From assembly GCF_964355755.1 (NCBI RefSeq), contig NC_092671.1, positions 33,614,304-33,678,303 of the forward strand: 64,000 nucleotides of DNA, given 5' to 3'. Under the pieces are notes generated by a model that saw only the letters and a program-made list of their open reading frames with translations, did no database searches and was not told the origin of the DNA. Both the position numbers and the translations under genes were made by a program. Positions 51,701 through 63,900 of the stretch are shown here, piece after piece (the first letter of the stretch is position 1; the number at the start of each line of letters is the position of its first letter). Source of the stretch: Antedon mediterranea (lineage: Eukaryota > Animalia > Echinodermata).

Positions 51701-54700
51701 GAGGATGAATTCGTATTTGGATTTCATGCTACCTCGCATATGTCCAATTAGCGTTACAAGAATGTCGGAGGTGACCGGCGGTCTGATCGGTTTGGATGGA
51801 GAGTTCGTTTTTTGTTTCGCTACTCCTCTGCATAAAATGCTGACTGCTGGATTTGCGGTAGGGTCTTCCATAAATGATACCCTGTGCACGAATGACACTG
51901 CGCTAAGGTAGTTTCGAATCGTGGAAATCGCCAGTGCATTTTTAGTCAGCTTACTTACATAGAGAACAATTGTCTGTGGAGTTGCTGGTAGCGGAAGGCT
52001 TAGTGATTTCCTGAATTGGTTAAAATGGTGCCATTTGCTTTTATAGTTACTAGCGGTTCCTTTGCTTAATGAGTTCCACAGTATCTCTCGTGTGAGGATC
52101 TTCAGTTGTTTAGTGGTCCGAAGTAGATTGGTTGTAAGTGCTTTGGTATCTTTAGCGGTGTGCGGTTCATACTGTGCTCCTCTAGCATGGCTTCCGTTTC
52201 CTGAAAACGAGAAAGAGCGTCACATATCCTGTTTTGCTTACCAGGGATGTGCCTGGCTGTAAACTGAACCTTTTCGTTTGATGACGATTTTTTGTTAAGC
52301 ACATATACATCAGCTAGGTTATCACAGTGGAAAACTACATGGGTGTTGGCTAGCTGTTTTGCAAAAAACGAAAGCATGACATAGATGGGGTAAATTTTGA
52401 GAACCATGATGTCGAACATTTTTCAAGATTCCGGCCAGCGGCCTTGAATCCAGAACTTTTGGAAGGTCGCACAAAGTGCGGTATTTGAGGCATCAGAGGA
52501 GAAATGTAAACGCTGCGAGTCAAATTTTTGTGGGGGTGAAAAATGGTAACGCCATTGTGTTTGCTAAGAAAGTCAGCCCACATTTAGAGATCCTCCTTTG
52601 CTGAGTCAGAAAGGTGAATAGTTGAAAAGGGGTTAGTTAGACCGGCCGTTAGGGCATAAAGCCTTCTTATGAACGCCAGTCCAGAAGGTATGCAAGTGGC
52701 AAATTGTAGCTTTTCAAAGAGATTGAAGGGCTCTCAATGTAGTTGAGTGAAGTGTGTGAGGAAGTTTTGAACTTCAAAGGGAGTAACGTAATTGTATTAT
52801 CTCAGATGGAAGCCTGTCTTACATTTTCTGTAAATCAAGTTCAATACCCAGGAAAGAAATGGTGGTGGTTGGTGAAATTGGGCTGTTGTAACTTTTTTGT
52901 AAGGATATATTTCACTCCGTCAGAAAACTTATTGAATATTTGACACGAAGATCCGCCGCCTTGGGGAAGCGTTTTATCGTAGTAATACTAGCCTAACCAC
53001 GTGAAACCTGTGAGGTGATATTGAGTGGGATGTAAATGTATTAAGGGTCTTTCACACCTGTCCCGGCACGGTTCCGGTTCGGCGCCGGAAAATCCAATCG
53101 AACGTCAATGTTTCGTTTTCACGCGGCTACGCGCATATCGATTGGCGCATAGCCGCGTGAAAACAAAACATTGATGTTCGATTCGCCGGACCGGAACTGT
53201 GCCGGAACAGGTGTGAAAGACCCTTTAGTCTGTATGCGTTACTGGTGTCCGTCTTAGCCATGAATGCTGGGTGATTGTGTATGTCAATTATGTCTATTGC
53301 GTTGGCAATTGTTTCGTAATAAACTGTTATGCAAAACCCAGGGATGTTGTGATTGACAGCGTTTGAGTCATAGGGATAGGAGAGGTTGTGGAGGATACGA
53401 AATTTTTCAGGTACGGAATTTCCGGAAGGTTGTTGATGATAGCTTGGGAGTTATTTGCTGTAAAAGCAGCCCCATGTAAGGTAGAAGCCATGAGCGAAAC
53501 ATTGGGTTAAGTAAGCGTGGTGTTTTTAACCAGATAGGAGTGCGCTTATTCTAGTCGGAATTATTGGGATCCCGAGCACTGAAAAACGAGTGGCGGTACT
53601 GACAGTTTGTCTGGACACATCTATTGAATATGTTATGGTAGGAGATACAGAAGCCGAGTGGACGCTCCACGGTTGGATGTTTTAGAGGTTTATGGTTAGC
53701 TCGTTGCGTCTAGTTTATGGAGGAGGTCGGCTCAAACCAATGACCAAGAGCAAAGTGTGTACTCCCTAGCCATTCGAAATTATCAGTCGTAAAAGTACCA
53801 TTAATTTGGATGACTGCGCATGAGGTATTTAATATACTTAAAATAATTTAAGATGTCCTGCATGTATTTACTTAAATGAAATTGTGGCAAAGTCGTGAAA
53901 GGCCTAGTGCCAGTTGTATTCGTTTAAGATGCGGCATTTGGGCTTAGGCACAAGTTCAAAGGTACCAGTGAACGTTAGCGTCAAAGTTTCCGCTGCGCTG
54001 TTGAAGTCGAGCAGATTGTGCAGCTCGATGAATTTTTTGACACGGTAGGGGTTTGAGGAAGAGAGCTGCCGGTAGGTTTGGCTTACCGACATTAATCTCA
54101 ACCACAGAAGTTACCAGGGTTTCGACGATATGCCTCATGTCCTTTAATTCTTTATTTATGTCAAGTTCAGGTACTGGCATGGTTATTTTTTGGTGCCGTA
54201 TTTTTTACCTCTTGTTAGTTCTTTTCCGTCCTGACATGTTGTATCTGTAAGAAAATCTTTGTGCAATTAAGACGGAAAAAAAAATGTGTGTGGACAGATA
54301 TCATCAAGTTGCAGTGGAAAAGGGCCCTGCAACCATGTTAAAGGAGTGAATAAAAGATTGGAAACAAAGAGTCAGCATTGGGGTAGTGAATGAACCAGCA
54401 TGAGTCATTTAATGAAATACTGTACTTAGAGGAGGGTGATAAGACACCGCCGTATGGGGTGATAGTAGAGGGACCAGCATGAGTCATATAACCTGCGCAT
54501 GAGGTATTTAATATACTTAAAATAATTTAAGATGTCCTGCATGTATTTACTTAAATAAAATTGTGGCAAAGTCGTGAAAGGCCTAGTGCCAGTTGTATTC
54601 GTTTAAGATGCGGCATTTGGGCTTAGGCACAAGTTCAAAGGTACCAGTGAACGTTAGCGTCAAAGCTTCCGCTGCGCTGTTGAAGTCGAGCAGATTGTGC

Positions 54701-57574
54701 AGCTCGATGAATTTTTTGACAAGGTAGGGGTTTGAGGAAGAGAGCTGCCGGTAGGTTCGGCTTACCGACATTAATCTCAACCACAGAAGTTACCAGGGTT
54801 TTGACGATATGCCTCATGTCCTTTAATTCTTTATTTATGTCAAGTTCAGGTACTGGCACGGTTATTTTTTGGTGCCGTATTTTTTACCTCTTGTTAGTTC
54901 TTTTCCGTCCTGACATGGTGTATCTGTAAGAAAATCATATAATGAATGCTGTACTTAAGAGCATGAGAGATAAAACACCGCCGTATGTGGGGGTAGTTAA
55001 TGAACCAGCATAAGTAATTATGTGGTGGTAGTAGGGGAACCAGCATGAGTCATATAATGAATGCTGTACTTAAGAGCATGAGTGATAAAACACCGCCGTA
55101 TGTGGGGGTAGTTTATGAACCAGCATAAGTCATTATGTGGTGGTAGTAGGGGAACTAGCATGAGTCATATAATTAATGCTGTACTTAGGAGCATGAGTGA
55201 TAAAACACCGCCGTATGTGGGGGTAGTTAATGAACTAGCATAAGTAATTATGTGGTGGTAGTATGGGAACCAGCATGAGTCATATAATGAATGATGTACT
55301 TAAGAGCATGAGTGATAAAACACCGCCGCATGTGGGGGTAGTTTATGAACCAGCATAAGTAATTATGTGGTGGTAGTAGGGGAACCAGCATGAGTCATAT
55401 AATGAATGCTGTACTTAGGAGCATGAGTGATAAAACACCGCGGTATGTTGGGGTAGTTAATGAACTAGCATAAGTAATTATGTGGTGGTAGTATAGGAAC
55501 CAGCATGAGTCATAATAAATGCTGTACTTAAGAGGATGAGTGATAAAACACCGGCGTATGTCGGCGTATGAACCAGCATAAGTCAATTATGTGGTGGTAG
55601 TATGGGAACCAGCATGAGTCATAATGAATGCTGTACTTGGGAAACCAGCATGAGTCATAATGATGCTGTACTTGGGAAACCAGCATGAGTCTTAATAATT
55701 ATAATGAATGATGTACTTGGGGAACCAGCATGAGTCATAAGATGAATGCTATACTAACTATATAAACCATTCAGATGTGTGCAAAATATTTGCCAGTTTA
55801 GCGTAGCATCAAGAAAGAAAAACAACAAGTTATTATTTATTTCTTTTGGATGTAAAACAATGGGAAAATAATAAATGGTGTCAACAGTGTATTGCCTGGC
55901 ATTTTGTTTTGTTTATTCTGTTTAATTATGTATTTATTTTCCTCTAAAATCCGGTTCCGGATTGTCCACAGTGACTGCAGTAGTAGTAACAGATAATAAG
56001 ATTGTTGTTATTTAATGGCATAAGTTAGCATAAGAGGCTCCGTGCATTAAAGCAGACCTTACTTTTTAACTAGGTCATTCGATCCGAGGTCGATTATCAA
56101 AATATCTGGCTTGAATGTTTCCACTTGATTTACAAAATTAGTTAGGTCGTTTATCTTTAGGCCGGGCACCCCCCAAAGAACATATTATCATAGTGATGAC
56201 TGATTCGGAAGTCAGGCAAAGGTCGATGTGAACCAAGTATGGAGTCGGACGAATTACCCAAGCCATGATGGAAAGCGAGGCTTTCGCTCAAACCGGAAAC
56301 AAATGAGTTGAGCCTAGGCAACCAGACAACATAATTACAGTAAAGTATGAAAAATCGAACAAAATGGGGGTAAGATAAGGTGTTAGATAAATTCCAGTCA
56401 AAGTATATTGTGTGAGTACACACAGCCTATAAGTGTATGAGGATAAAATGAACTGGTAAATGTAAAAGTGAAAATTATTTTACATAGCCAAAAACTGGCG
56501 TGGTAATCTGTTGACAGCGTGAGGTGAAGAGGATGAGATGCTCACGCTGTCAAAAGATGATTGCGAGGGCGCCCCGCAATCACGTGATATTAGCTCAAAT
56601 GCTTCATTCATCTTCATTTTATAATACTACATTTTACGTATTTCAAAACATTGAGGAATACCACTTACTTTCTATATTATTACCTAAGGCAGGCTCAGCA
56701 TAGAAAAACAACAGTACCGGTAATAAAAATATAACAACCGACAATTGGAAGCTTCTGTAAAATAAAGAAAATAGACTACTTGGTAATTGGGTGGGATGGT
56801 CGCGGTTTGGAAGAGGTTCCGACATAGCCATTCTATACACAGGAAGGCAACTAAACAACACCAGATTTGGTTCCGATTACCTCACTTACTCCCGGAATGT
56901 GTAAAATTGCATTGATTATCTAAACATACAGTAGTAGTTATTTTGTTGTGGAGAAACCAGAATTAAATCTCTCTTGAGCTTATTTGTTTTCCCGGCTTTC
57001 TATTTATCTAATACTAAGAATAATAAGAATCTCTAATAACTTATCAAGTGTGAAATAAAACGAATGAATAAACAGTATGTCTAAATATGCATGCGATTGC
57101 CTACATAAGCAAATTGAACAAAATGTTAATTCAATTTTGCAAATAACACCAAACGAGCGATTGAATATACGATAATGTTTTATATAATAAATAATATAAT
57201 AATAAATTAAATGGCAAATTGATGATGTTGGTATTAGTGGCTGAAACTCAATGGAGATACAAACTAAAATAAGCGAAAAGCTAAATCAAAACGTAAAAAA
57301 AGTACAATTAGCAGATAAAGTAATATATTTTATGTATATAATATAATAAATATTTATATAATAAAGTAATATATTTATATAGTACCTGCTTTTATAACAG
57401 TAGTCCATTACAAATAGAAGATCTAGATTAGAAACCTCTACGCTGGCAATCCAATCAAGTCCTAAATCAAAATCAAGTGGTCATGACATCGAATAGTTTC
57501 TTGAACTGTTAATTTACCTAAAAATACTTGAAGCAGATTACGTAATCGAAAATTACTTACAGTTTACGTGTCAT
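42722..57574 (-). CDS. Micro-exon secreted polyprotein gene D (five RIRR/KIRR spacer exons, four payload exons)
   Basis: Exons: 57561-57574 (MTRKL), 56669-56754 (SFQLSVVIFLLPVLLFFYAEPALGNNIE), 49970-49999 (HGSKIRRDE), 49724-49771 (IFPVGGRGGRIGSGI, acceptor mutated to caa), 49052-49084 (EHGSRIRRDR), 48802-48846 (IFQGRGGQKGVNRI), 48227-48256 (HGSRIRRDE), 44854-44883 (LTRRIRRDD), 44473-44502 (MLQ*KFEII), 43437-43463 (HDRIRREE), 43274-43312 (PRGPPIKTNLES), 42722-42732 (DGY*). All internal micro-exons are 3n long and phase 1-1. Confidence 0.8.
45060..48200 (-). mobile_element. Degenerate CR1-like LINE (endonuclease and RT) in an intron of gene D
   Basis: ORF 47319-48200 (HFNIRS, GLTETWL, RGGGVAIY, YRPP, MGDFN). 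RT fragments include NYRPISLL (46411-46683) and LFADD near 46150. A-rich (AAATG)n-like 3' end near 45065-45085. Confidence 0.9.
48200..50020. repeat. Tandem duplication of a ~0.8-0.9 kb two-exon module of gene D
   Basis: Spacer exon and flanks recur at 48227, 49052 and 49970. Intron blocks such as AAAGGCAGCCATGTTGTGCAACATG and ATATGGATCGA.CAAATACTGAAATG recur, with an older copy of the latter near 44390. Confidence 0.92.
53044..53224. mobile_element. Tourist/PIF-Harbinger-like palindromic MITE inside the DIRS element
   Basis: tta|AGGGTCTTTCACACCTG...CAGGTGTGAAAGACCCT|tta, a near-perfect 181-bp palindrome with 3-bp TTA TSD. Confidence 0.85.
53812..54935. repeat. Direct duplication of ~445 bp (offset 679 bp) in the gag-like region
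   Basis: Near-identical ORF triplets at 53904/53956/54053 and 54583/54635/54732. Confidence 0.95.
54937..55750. repeat. 115-bp tandem array (about 6 copies plus shorter derivatives) in the DIRS element
   Basis: TAAAACACCG recurs at 54971, 55086, 55201, 55316, 55431 and ~55544. Confidence 0.95.
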
Positions 57575-58473
57575 GATTGTACAAGAATACTGCTTACATG
57601 TAGTGAATCAGATTCAAATAAATTAAACAATATTCACATCGATGATGAAATTGATATTTTAAGAAAAAGTGAAATTTGCCATTTCAAAAAGTGCTTTTCA
57701 TTTCAGAAAATGTTTTAATTTAAAACAGTTTATAAAAGATGAAATAAATTACGTCTGTGAGCCTGTTGCCATTTATTTCATAATCGATTTTTAATCCTTA
57801 TTGTTAAGCTATTCATATAATAAAACACACCTGTTAGTAACGTTATTTTTATGGAGAATATATAATAGAATTTATACAGTAATATATTGAAGCTAGTCTT
57901 TCTCTAAGCATAGTAATTTTAAACCAAAAATAATGTAGAATTGTAACTATTTTTTTAAAAAGAAAATTATGATTCATAATTATTTAAAAAATTAATGATA
58001 ATCTCATTTATATGTTGCATTAACTGAAATATTTATAGTATTTTAAATAGTTATGGAAGAGATATACTTTAACATCGGCGTTGAAGCTTCACATCCTATA
58101 GCCTAAAATTTTAGGCTACAGGATGGGCCTTATTTTACTAAAAACACATCTGAGTTGCAAATTATTTGCTTAATTCAATTGTTTTTTTTGCACTATATTT
58201 TAATTAGTAATTAATCAAAATTACACATATTTTGCTTGGATAATAATATAAGAGAAAATAATATGTGTGTTAGAAATAAAAAAATATACTAATAATAATA
58301 TAATTTTATTTTAGTGCATGCATAGCCTACTTATAGCGTTTAGCTTTTTATGTTGATCCAGTAATTATGTGAAATAAAATGTGTTTGTATTTAGTGTTAC
58401 CGTTTATCCCGAGGGGCATACTAATTAGATATATGAATTACACAAATTTGTATTGCATTTTTTCGGATTACCT

Positions 58474-59263
58474 TTTTTAGTCGCGTGGAAGCGACTCTAT
58501 AGTTCACTATGTCGGTCGGTTGGTCGGTCTGTCTGTCTGTCTGTCTGTCGGTCCGGTATCACTATGCGTTTTATCGCTTTCTGACCTTATCTTCATATCA
58601 GTTTAATCTAGCTAGGTCAATTTTTCACAGTATATTCCTTATGGCCAGGAATCAATGTGGTTATGTTTTCACGATGCGCAATAAAAAATTACGCGGTCTA
58701 CGCACGATTTAACGAAATCACGTTTGTAATCATATCTTCACAACCATGAATCACAATTAAATATAATTTGGTACTCATAAATTTCAGGGCATAAATCATC
58801 ATATGGCAATACAATTACGTGCGTAGCGCATGTAACGCATGCGTACGCGCGCTTAAAATTTTCAAAATTTATTTTCGATGAAATAAGAGTACATTTCAGG
58901 CAATTTTAAGCGTTTACAAAATTGCCATGAGTGCGCATATTTTTGCGCGCGCACTGCGCGTTAAATGTTCTTGCCCACTCTTTTTGCCCGATTTCTGTTT
59001 TCTTGACTTACTTTTCAACTCGAAATTACGTTATACGAGCACGTCGAAAGTGACAGGCTACGCACGTGTAAATTAAAAAAATATAAATGTTTTTAAACAT
59101 TTCAGTAATTCCGGTGAGTATAGTTCACTATGTCGGTCGGTCGGTCTGTCTGTCTGTCTGTCGGTCTGTCGGTCTGTCGGTCTGTCTGTCGGTCTGTCGG
59201 TCTGTCTGTCGGTCCGGTATCACTATGCATTGTAGCACGCAACTTAATGGCTGTTGGCCTTGT
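58474..59263 (+). mobile_element. DINE-1/HINE-like (Helentron-associated) non-autonomous element
   Basis: Starts in a T run with hairpin AGTCGC-gtggaa-GCGACT. Two copies of TATAGTTCACTATGTCGGTCGG-(GTCT/GTCG)n-GGTCCGGTATCACTATGC at ~58498 and ~59119. Confidence 0.6.
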
Positions 59264-59404
59264 TTAGTTAAACTTCATAAAAATGCATAAAAACAATAAT
59301 CAAGTGCAACTAAGCGAAATAAAAGCAAAACCTACACGTTCATAAACAAACGATTCATATAATATTACTGTATTGCGAGTAGGCCTATGTATAATTATAT
59401 TCAG

Positions 59405-59671
59405 ATCATGGCAGAATCGGGATGAAGGCGAGTAAGTAATTTAAATTTAATAACACTAATTTAAATATATATATTTTAAGTGTTCATATGTTTTTAGAAA
59501 ATATCCCAGTTTATTTTAAAGATGTCAAGTAACATAACATAAACCATGACTATTAAAACTGTAAAAATCAAGTACAATAGGCATAATATTGAACTATTCG
59601 TATTGTTTGAAAAGTTTTTAGTACTTTGATTTACTGCGTTTCAGACCGTGAGAGAATCCGTCGGCAAACAT
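59405..59671 (+). pseudogene. Orphan spacer micro-exons (remnant of family member E)
   Basis: 59405-59431 (27 nt, DHGRIGMKA|gtaagt) and 59645-59671 (27 nt, DRERIRRQT|gtgagt). Intron context 59596-59690 aligns by eye with 11821-11925 of gene B. No signal-peptide exons were seen upstream on +. Confidence 0.6.
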
Positions 59672-60004
59672 GTGAGTAATTTAACTAAACGTTTTATTTA
59701 GATAAAACCAGATGAAATATAACGTTTCAAAATATTCATGAATTCTTTTCGGCTCTTTGTAGATTAGATTAATTGATGACAATAAAATCACTTTATTATT
59801 GGTATAAAAAAGCGAAAATGCCATGTTTTTACCTTTAAAAATGGTAACCATAATTTTTTTAACAGTTTTATTGCGTCGATTTAATGGTTGTTAAAGGTAG
59901 ATAACAGATGGATTAAAATAGAAGACGTTTAAACAAAACCAATCACCAATTTAGTTTATTAAAAGCTGATGTTAAACACTTCGTACTGCAGTGTTCCTAT
60001 TATC

Positions 60005-61604
60005 ATGTCAACTAAACTGTAAGTATATACCATATAATGTTGTGTTACCTCCTAGTGACATAACATTCAATATCACTATTATTAGTACAATAATATACTT
60101 TCCATATTGATTTCTGTGAGATTTACTGATATTGTTATTGCACCATATTTCGGTGGCATAGTATACAAATAATAAATGTTTATGAGAGTAATGGTACAAA
60201 TGATGGCATGAGGTGAATGATGAAAGATTATATTTCACCAAGGCAAAGCCAAGTTGATATATAATCTTTCATCATTCACCAAACACCATTATTTGTACCA
60301 TTACACGAATATAAACATTCACTGTTTTTGTTTTATTGTTTTTCAAATAAAAGGTTATACAAGGCCAACATTTGATTCACATTGATTAAAGCAGTAACAT
60401 TTAATTTGTGGTCATATTGTATTTATATGGATTTTATAAACACACCTACTGTATTGTTAATTATGTATCGTATTAACAAACGACCAAATAATCCTAGGCC
60501 TAGCAAGGCTAAAACGCATAGGCATAGCCTAATACTAACTAGGCTGAAAGGTAGCAATACCAAATACAAAACTTTGGCAACTGGAACTCATCGTCTTATA
60601 GAGATGTTCACATTAATTAATGAAAATCCTACAAACGATCTAAAGCTAATTTAAATGCCTTTTTGATCTAAATTAGTACACATATATCTCTCCGAAAAAT
60701 GTACTTTCATCGCGAAACCAGTCATAACAGTCAATCTTCGCGGCGAAAGTACAGAACAGGTGGCGCTGTTGTATTTCAAAAGCAATAGTATGATAAAAAT
60801 ATTTTCAAAAGCGAAAAGGTATTTTTTTTAGTACACAATAAAAAGGACTATTAAACGATAGTTCAATAATGCGTACCATTGCACGTCATGTGACCACAAT
60901 CATCCAATCAAATGACAGGAATTTATATAGGTGTTATATAATATATTCTAGTTCTGGTTTTGAAAACCAAAAGTAACACAACTCCGTTGTAGATACGGAG
61001 CAATCAGTTAAATATCTGCAATGTTGTCAGTAAGCAGTTATATATTGAATTAGAAACTACTATTGCCACGAGGTATTGATCTATGAAATGAGGTTGAAGA
61101 TAGAAATTTACTTTCAGGGATAAGACCACTTAACACAACAATAAAGAACAATGTACACCTGGTGGTACCAATCGAAATTCATACATCAATGCCTTTTTAC
61201 ACAAATATTTTCTCAGATAAATAAATCACGCTAAACTTTTATTAATTTACACTTAAGTATTGCCAATTTTCGCGCGAAGTGAAAGCATCAGCTTTTACGT
61301 TTGCGTAAAAAATCATTATCTACACATAACAAACAAAATTAATGCTATAGAAAATATGGCTTTAAAAAAGAGAATAGCTACTTCCACCTGATGTCTGCAA
61401 CTGAGCTGTTTTCAATCGCAAAATGGGATTTGCAAGATGGAAATGCGTTGGCCTATCCCGACGCTTTTGACTTTCCAACAAATTCTTCTTGTGGGAAAAC
61501 AGGCTTTTATAGAAATCCTCAAAGAGTGATCTACACAATATTTCATTTTTATTACAGAGGCTCGTTGGTTTTGGCATTTTTAGTAGTGTTTGTGCAATGT
61601 GCAA
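60005..61604 (+). CDS. 5' part of micro-exon family gene F (signal-peptide exons; rest probably beyond the window)
   Basis: Exon 60005-60018 (atcATG TCA ACT AAA CT|gtaagt) and exon 61558-61604 (tacag|A GGC TCG...GCA A|gtaagt) give MSTKLGSLVLAFLVVFVQCA, with the same phase-2 and phase-1 introns as genes A, B and D. Confidence 0.72.
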
Positions 61605-61869
61605 GTAAGTAATTTATTTTTTTTAAATCGTTTTATTTTACCTTGTTTCTGTATTAGAGTAATCAAAATATTTCTTAAATTCAAGTATTTTATTTAACTT
61701 CTAATTTCCCAATACCCATAATATCTAGAGGTATAACTATATACTGCTATGACTGTGTCTTTTATTAAGAATAGATTTATTATTATACAATTATACATAA
61801 TTATAATATAAACAATAAATAAATTAATACACGTTATGCCAGGATTTACAACATCATCTATATATACTA

Positions 61870-63900
61870 GTATATACATTTACGTAAGGGCAAAATTCGG
61901 TAAATCGCACGTTACTTCTTGAATTTTTACTCGATGGTATATAAAGTTGGTTCGACTTTTGGTACTGCTTTTAACCACCTAATGTAATACTATTTAATAA
62001 TTAAATTGAGTTAGATAATTAATTATTGACAATTAAAACGAATTTAGGTTCAACAATTTGCCCCAAATAGGGGTGTTTTCCAATCGTGATATACACTGTC
62101 TAATGATGTCCTTCTTGAAAAATACCCTTACACAATCATACGAGAATGCTTCGTATTTACCTATATTCTTCTACGATAATTGTTTGTAACTAGATAGTAC
62201 GCTCGCTTCGCTCGCGTACCATCTAGGTCGTGCCCACAGATGGTTCTCGAATACATAATTATTTCAGCTTTAAAAAACTGACGATTTCAAATGTACGTAC
62301 AATAATACATGTCGTTTACAGGAACGAATAAATAGACACTGATTTATGTACTCAACTAAAATTAGCACACTGGGAATTACTTCCGAAAGAGAAACTTGTC
62401 ACAAAATGAGACCAATTGTTTAAGTCAAATGTAAACAAACTTAATTTGTGTTATGTATGTAACATTAGGGTTGAGGGATGGGGAAGAGGATAGGTGCAAA
62501 GAGGAACAATTTTTAAATATATTCTTTATCCATTTAGTAACGAAATATTAGGCCTAATTGTTTTCATGTTTTACAAATAATATACCAAAACACAGTAAAA
62601 CATTGCGATGTAATACTTTGTTGAAACTATCACCGTCCTAGTCAATTGAAGTAGTACAGTACATGTAACGATACATCACTACGACGTGTATTTTATATAA
62701 TGTAAAACAATTTGTGAAAACCACATCTATTCGGGGAAAATCATGAATTCGATTTAATCGTCAATAAATATTAAATTATCTAACTCAACTTAATTAGTAG
62801 GCCTAATGGTTTTCAATTGTTTCTTTGAGCCAATTCATACTTAAGTTGGTTCCTACCCTACCCACCAAAGTTGTTCTGCGTTTAAGGCATGTGATGCACA
62901 GTAGGCCTATCCTCTACTGGCTTTACAACGCTACTCATGCCAGTGAGGGAAGGGTGATGACGTGGGTGGTTTAACTGCAATAATAAAGATTTGTACATAA
63001 TATACGGCGACTGAAAACGCTAGCTCATTATCCGTTAAAATAAAATTTATATCCAACCTCTGCAGCACAGATTGAAAAAAAAAATGGATCGAATTTCTGT
63101 TATGAGTATACAGTACTTACCTTTACGACGCCTGAGGAATAGACACCTGTGGAACAGAGATTGGAATATTCCATTCTTCGCAAATCAATACATTTGTATA
63201 AACGTATATTAAATCTATCAAAATAGTATTTTTGTAAGAAAATTGGCCTGTCTTCAACATTATGATGCTGTACTCGAGCTGTTCAACCAGTTTTCAGCCA
63301 TTAAAAACAATTATCGTAGGAGGAGATAGGAAAATGCGAAGCATCCTCGTATATTGTCTGCGGGTATTTTTCAAGACGGACATCCATTAGACAGTGTATA
63401 CCACGATCGAAAAACACCCCTATTTGTGGCAAATCGTTGAACCTAAATTCGTTTTAATCGTCAATAACTAATTATCGAACTCAATTTAATTAGTAAATAG
63501 GGTTACATCAGGTGGTTAAAATCAGTACCGAAAGTACGAACCAACTTTATATACCATCGAGTAAACATTCTAGAAATAACGCGCGATTTACCGAATTTTG
63601 CCCTTACGTAAATTTATATATAGATAACTGAATATCGGTTGAACAACTCGAGTACAACATCATAATCTTACATGTTTTTCCTCTTTCCCATCCCTCAACA
63701 ATAATGTTATATATAAAACACAATTTCCAGGGTGCTAATTTTAGTTGACTACATAAATCATCGTGTCTATATTATTTATTCGTTTCTGTAAACGAAAATG
63801 TATTATAGCCCTGCGGTACGTACAAAAAAAAAAACACATTCTTTTACGCTGGAATTACCATCTGTGGGCACGACCAAAGTAAGCGTACCATCTAGTTAAG
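61870..63900. repeat. Long inverted-repeat (foldback) element(s) in intron 2 of gene F
   Basis: ~61875-62110 is the reverse complement of ~63380-63615, and ~62215-62485 is the reverse complement of ~63675-63895. Confidence 0.8.

Larger units (their letters stand above)
50162..56588 (-). mobile_element. DIRS-order tyrosine-recombinase retrotransposon with split direct repeats (Ngaro/PAT-like), degenerate, in intron 2 of gene D
   Basis: Recombinase fragments 51255-52060 (YFACLRASE, ICPV, FGRWS), RNase H fragments 52102-52583 (FHCDN, HIPGKQN..DALSRFQ), RT remnants to ~53450 and gag-like fragments 53900-54930. Repeat A at 56468-56588 and 50361-50481; repeat B at 50488-50626 and 50162-50299, giving A1-ORFs-B1-A2-B2 on the minus strand. 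Confidence 0.88.

Noticed and set aside
54937-55750. Regular array that could be taken for CRISPR
   Set aside because: Whole 115-bp units repeat with no unique spacers, there are no cas genes, and the context is a eukaryotic retrotransposon.
63121-63146. Minus-strand 26-nt segment with good AG/GT signals
   Set aside because: Not a multiple of three, no similarity to the family exons, and inside a foldback repeat.
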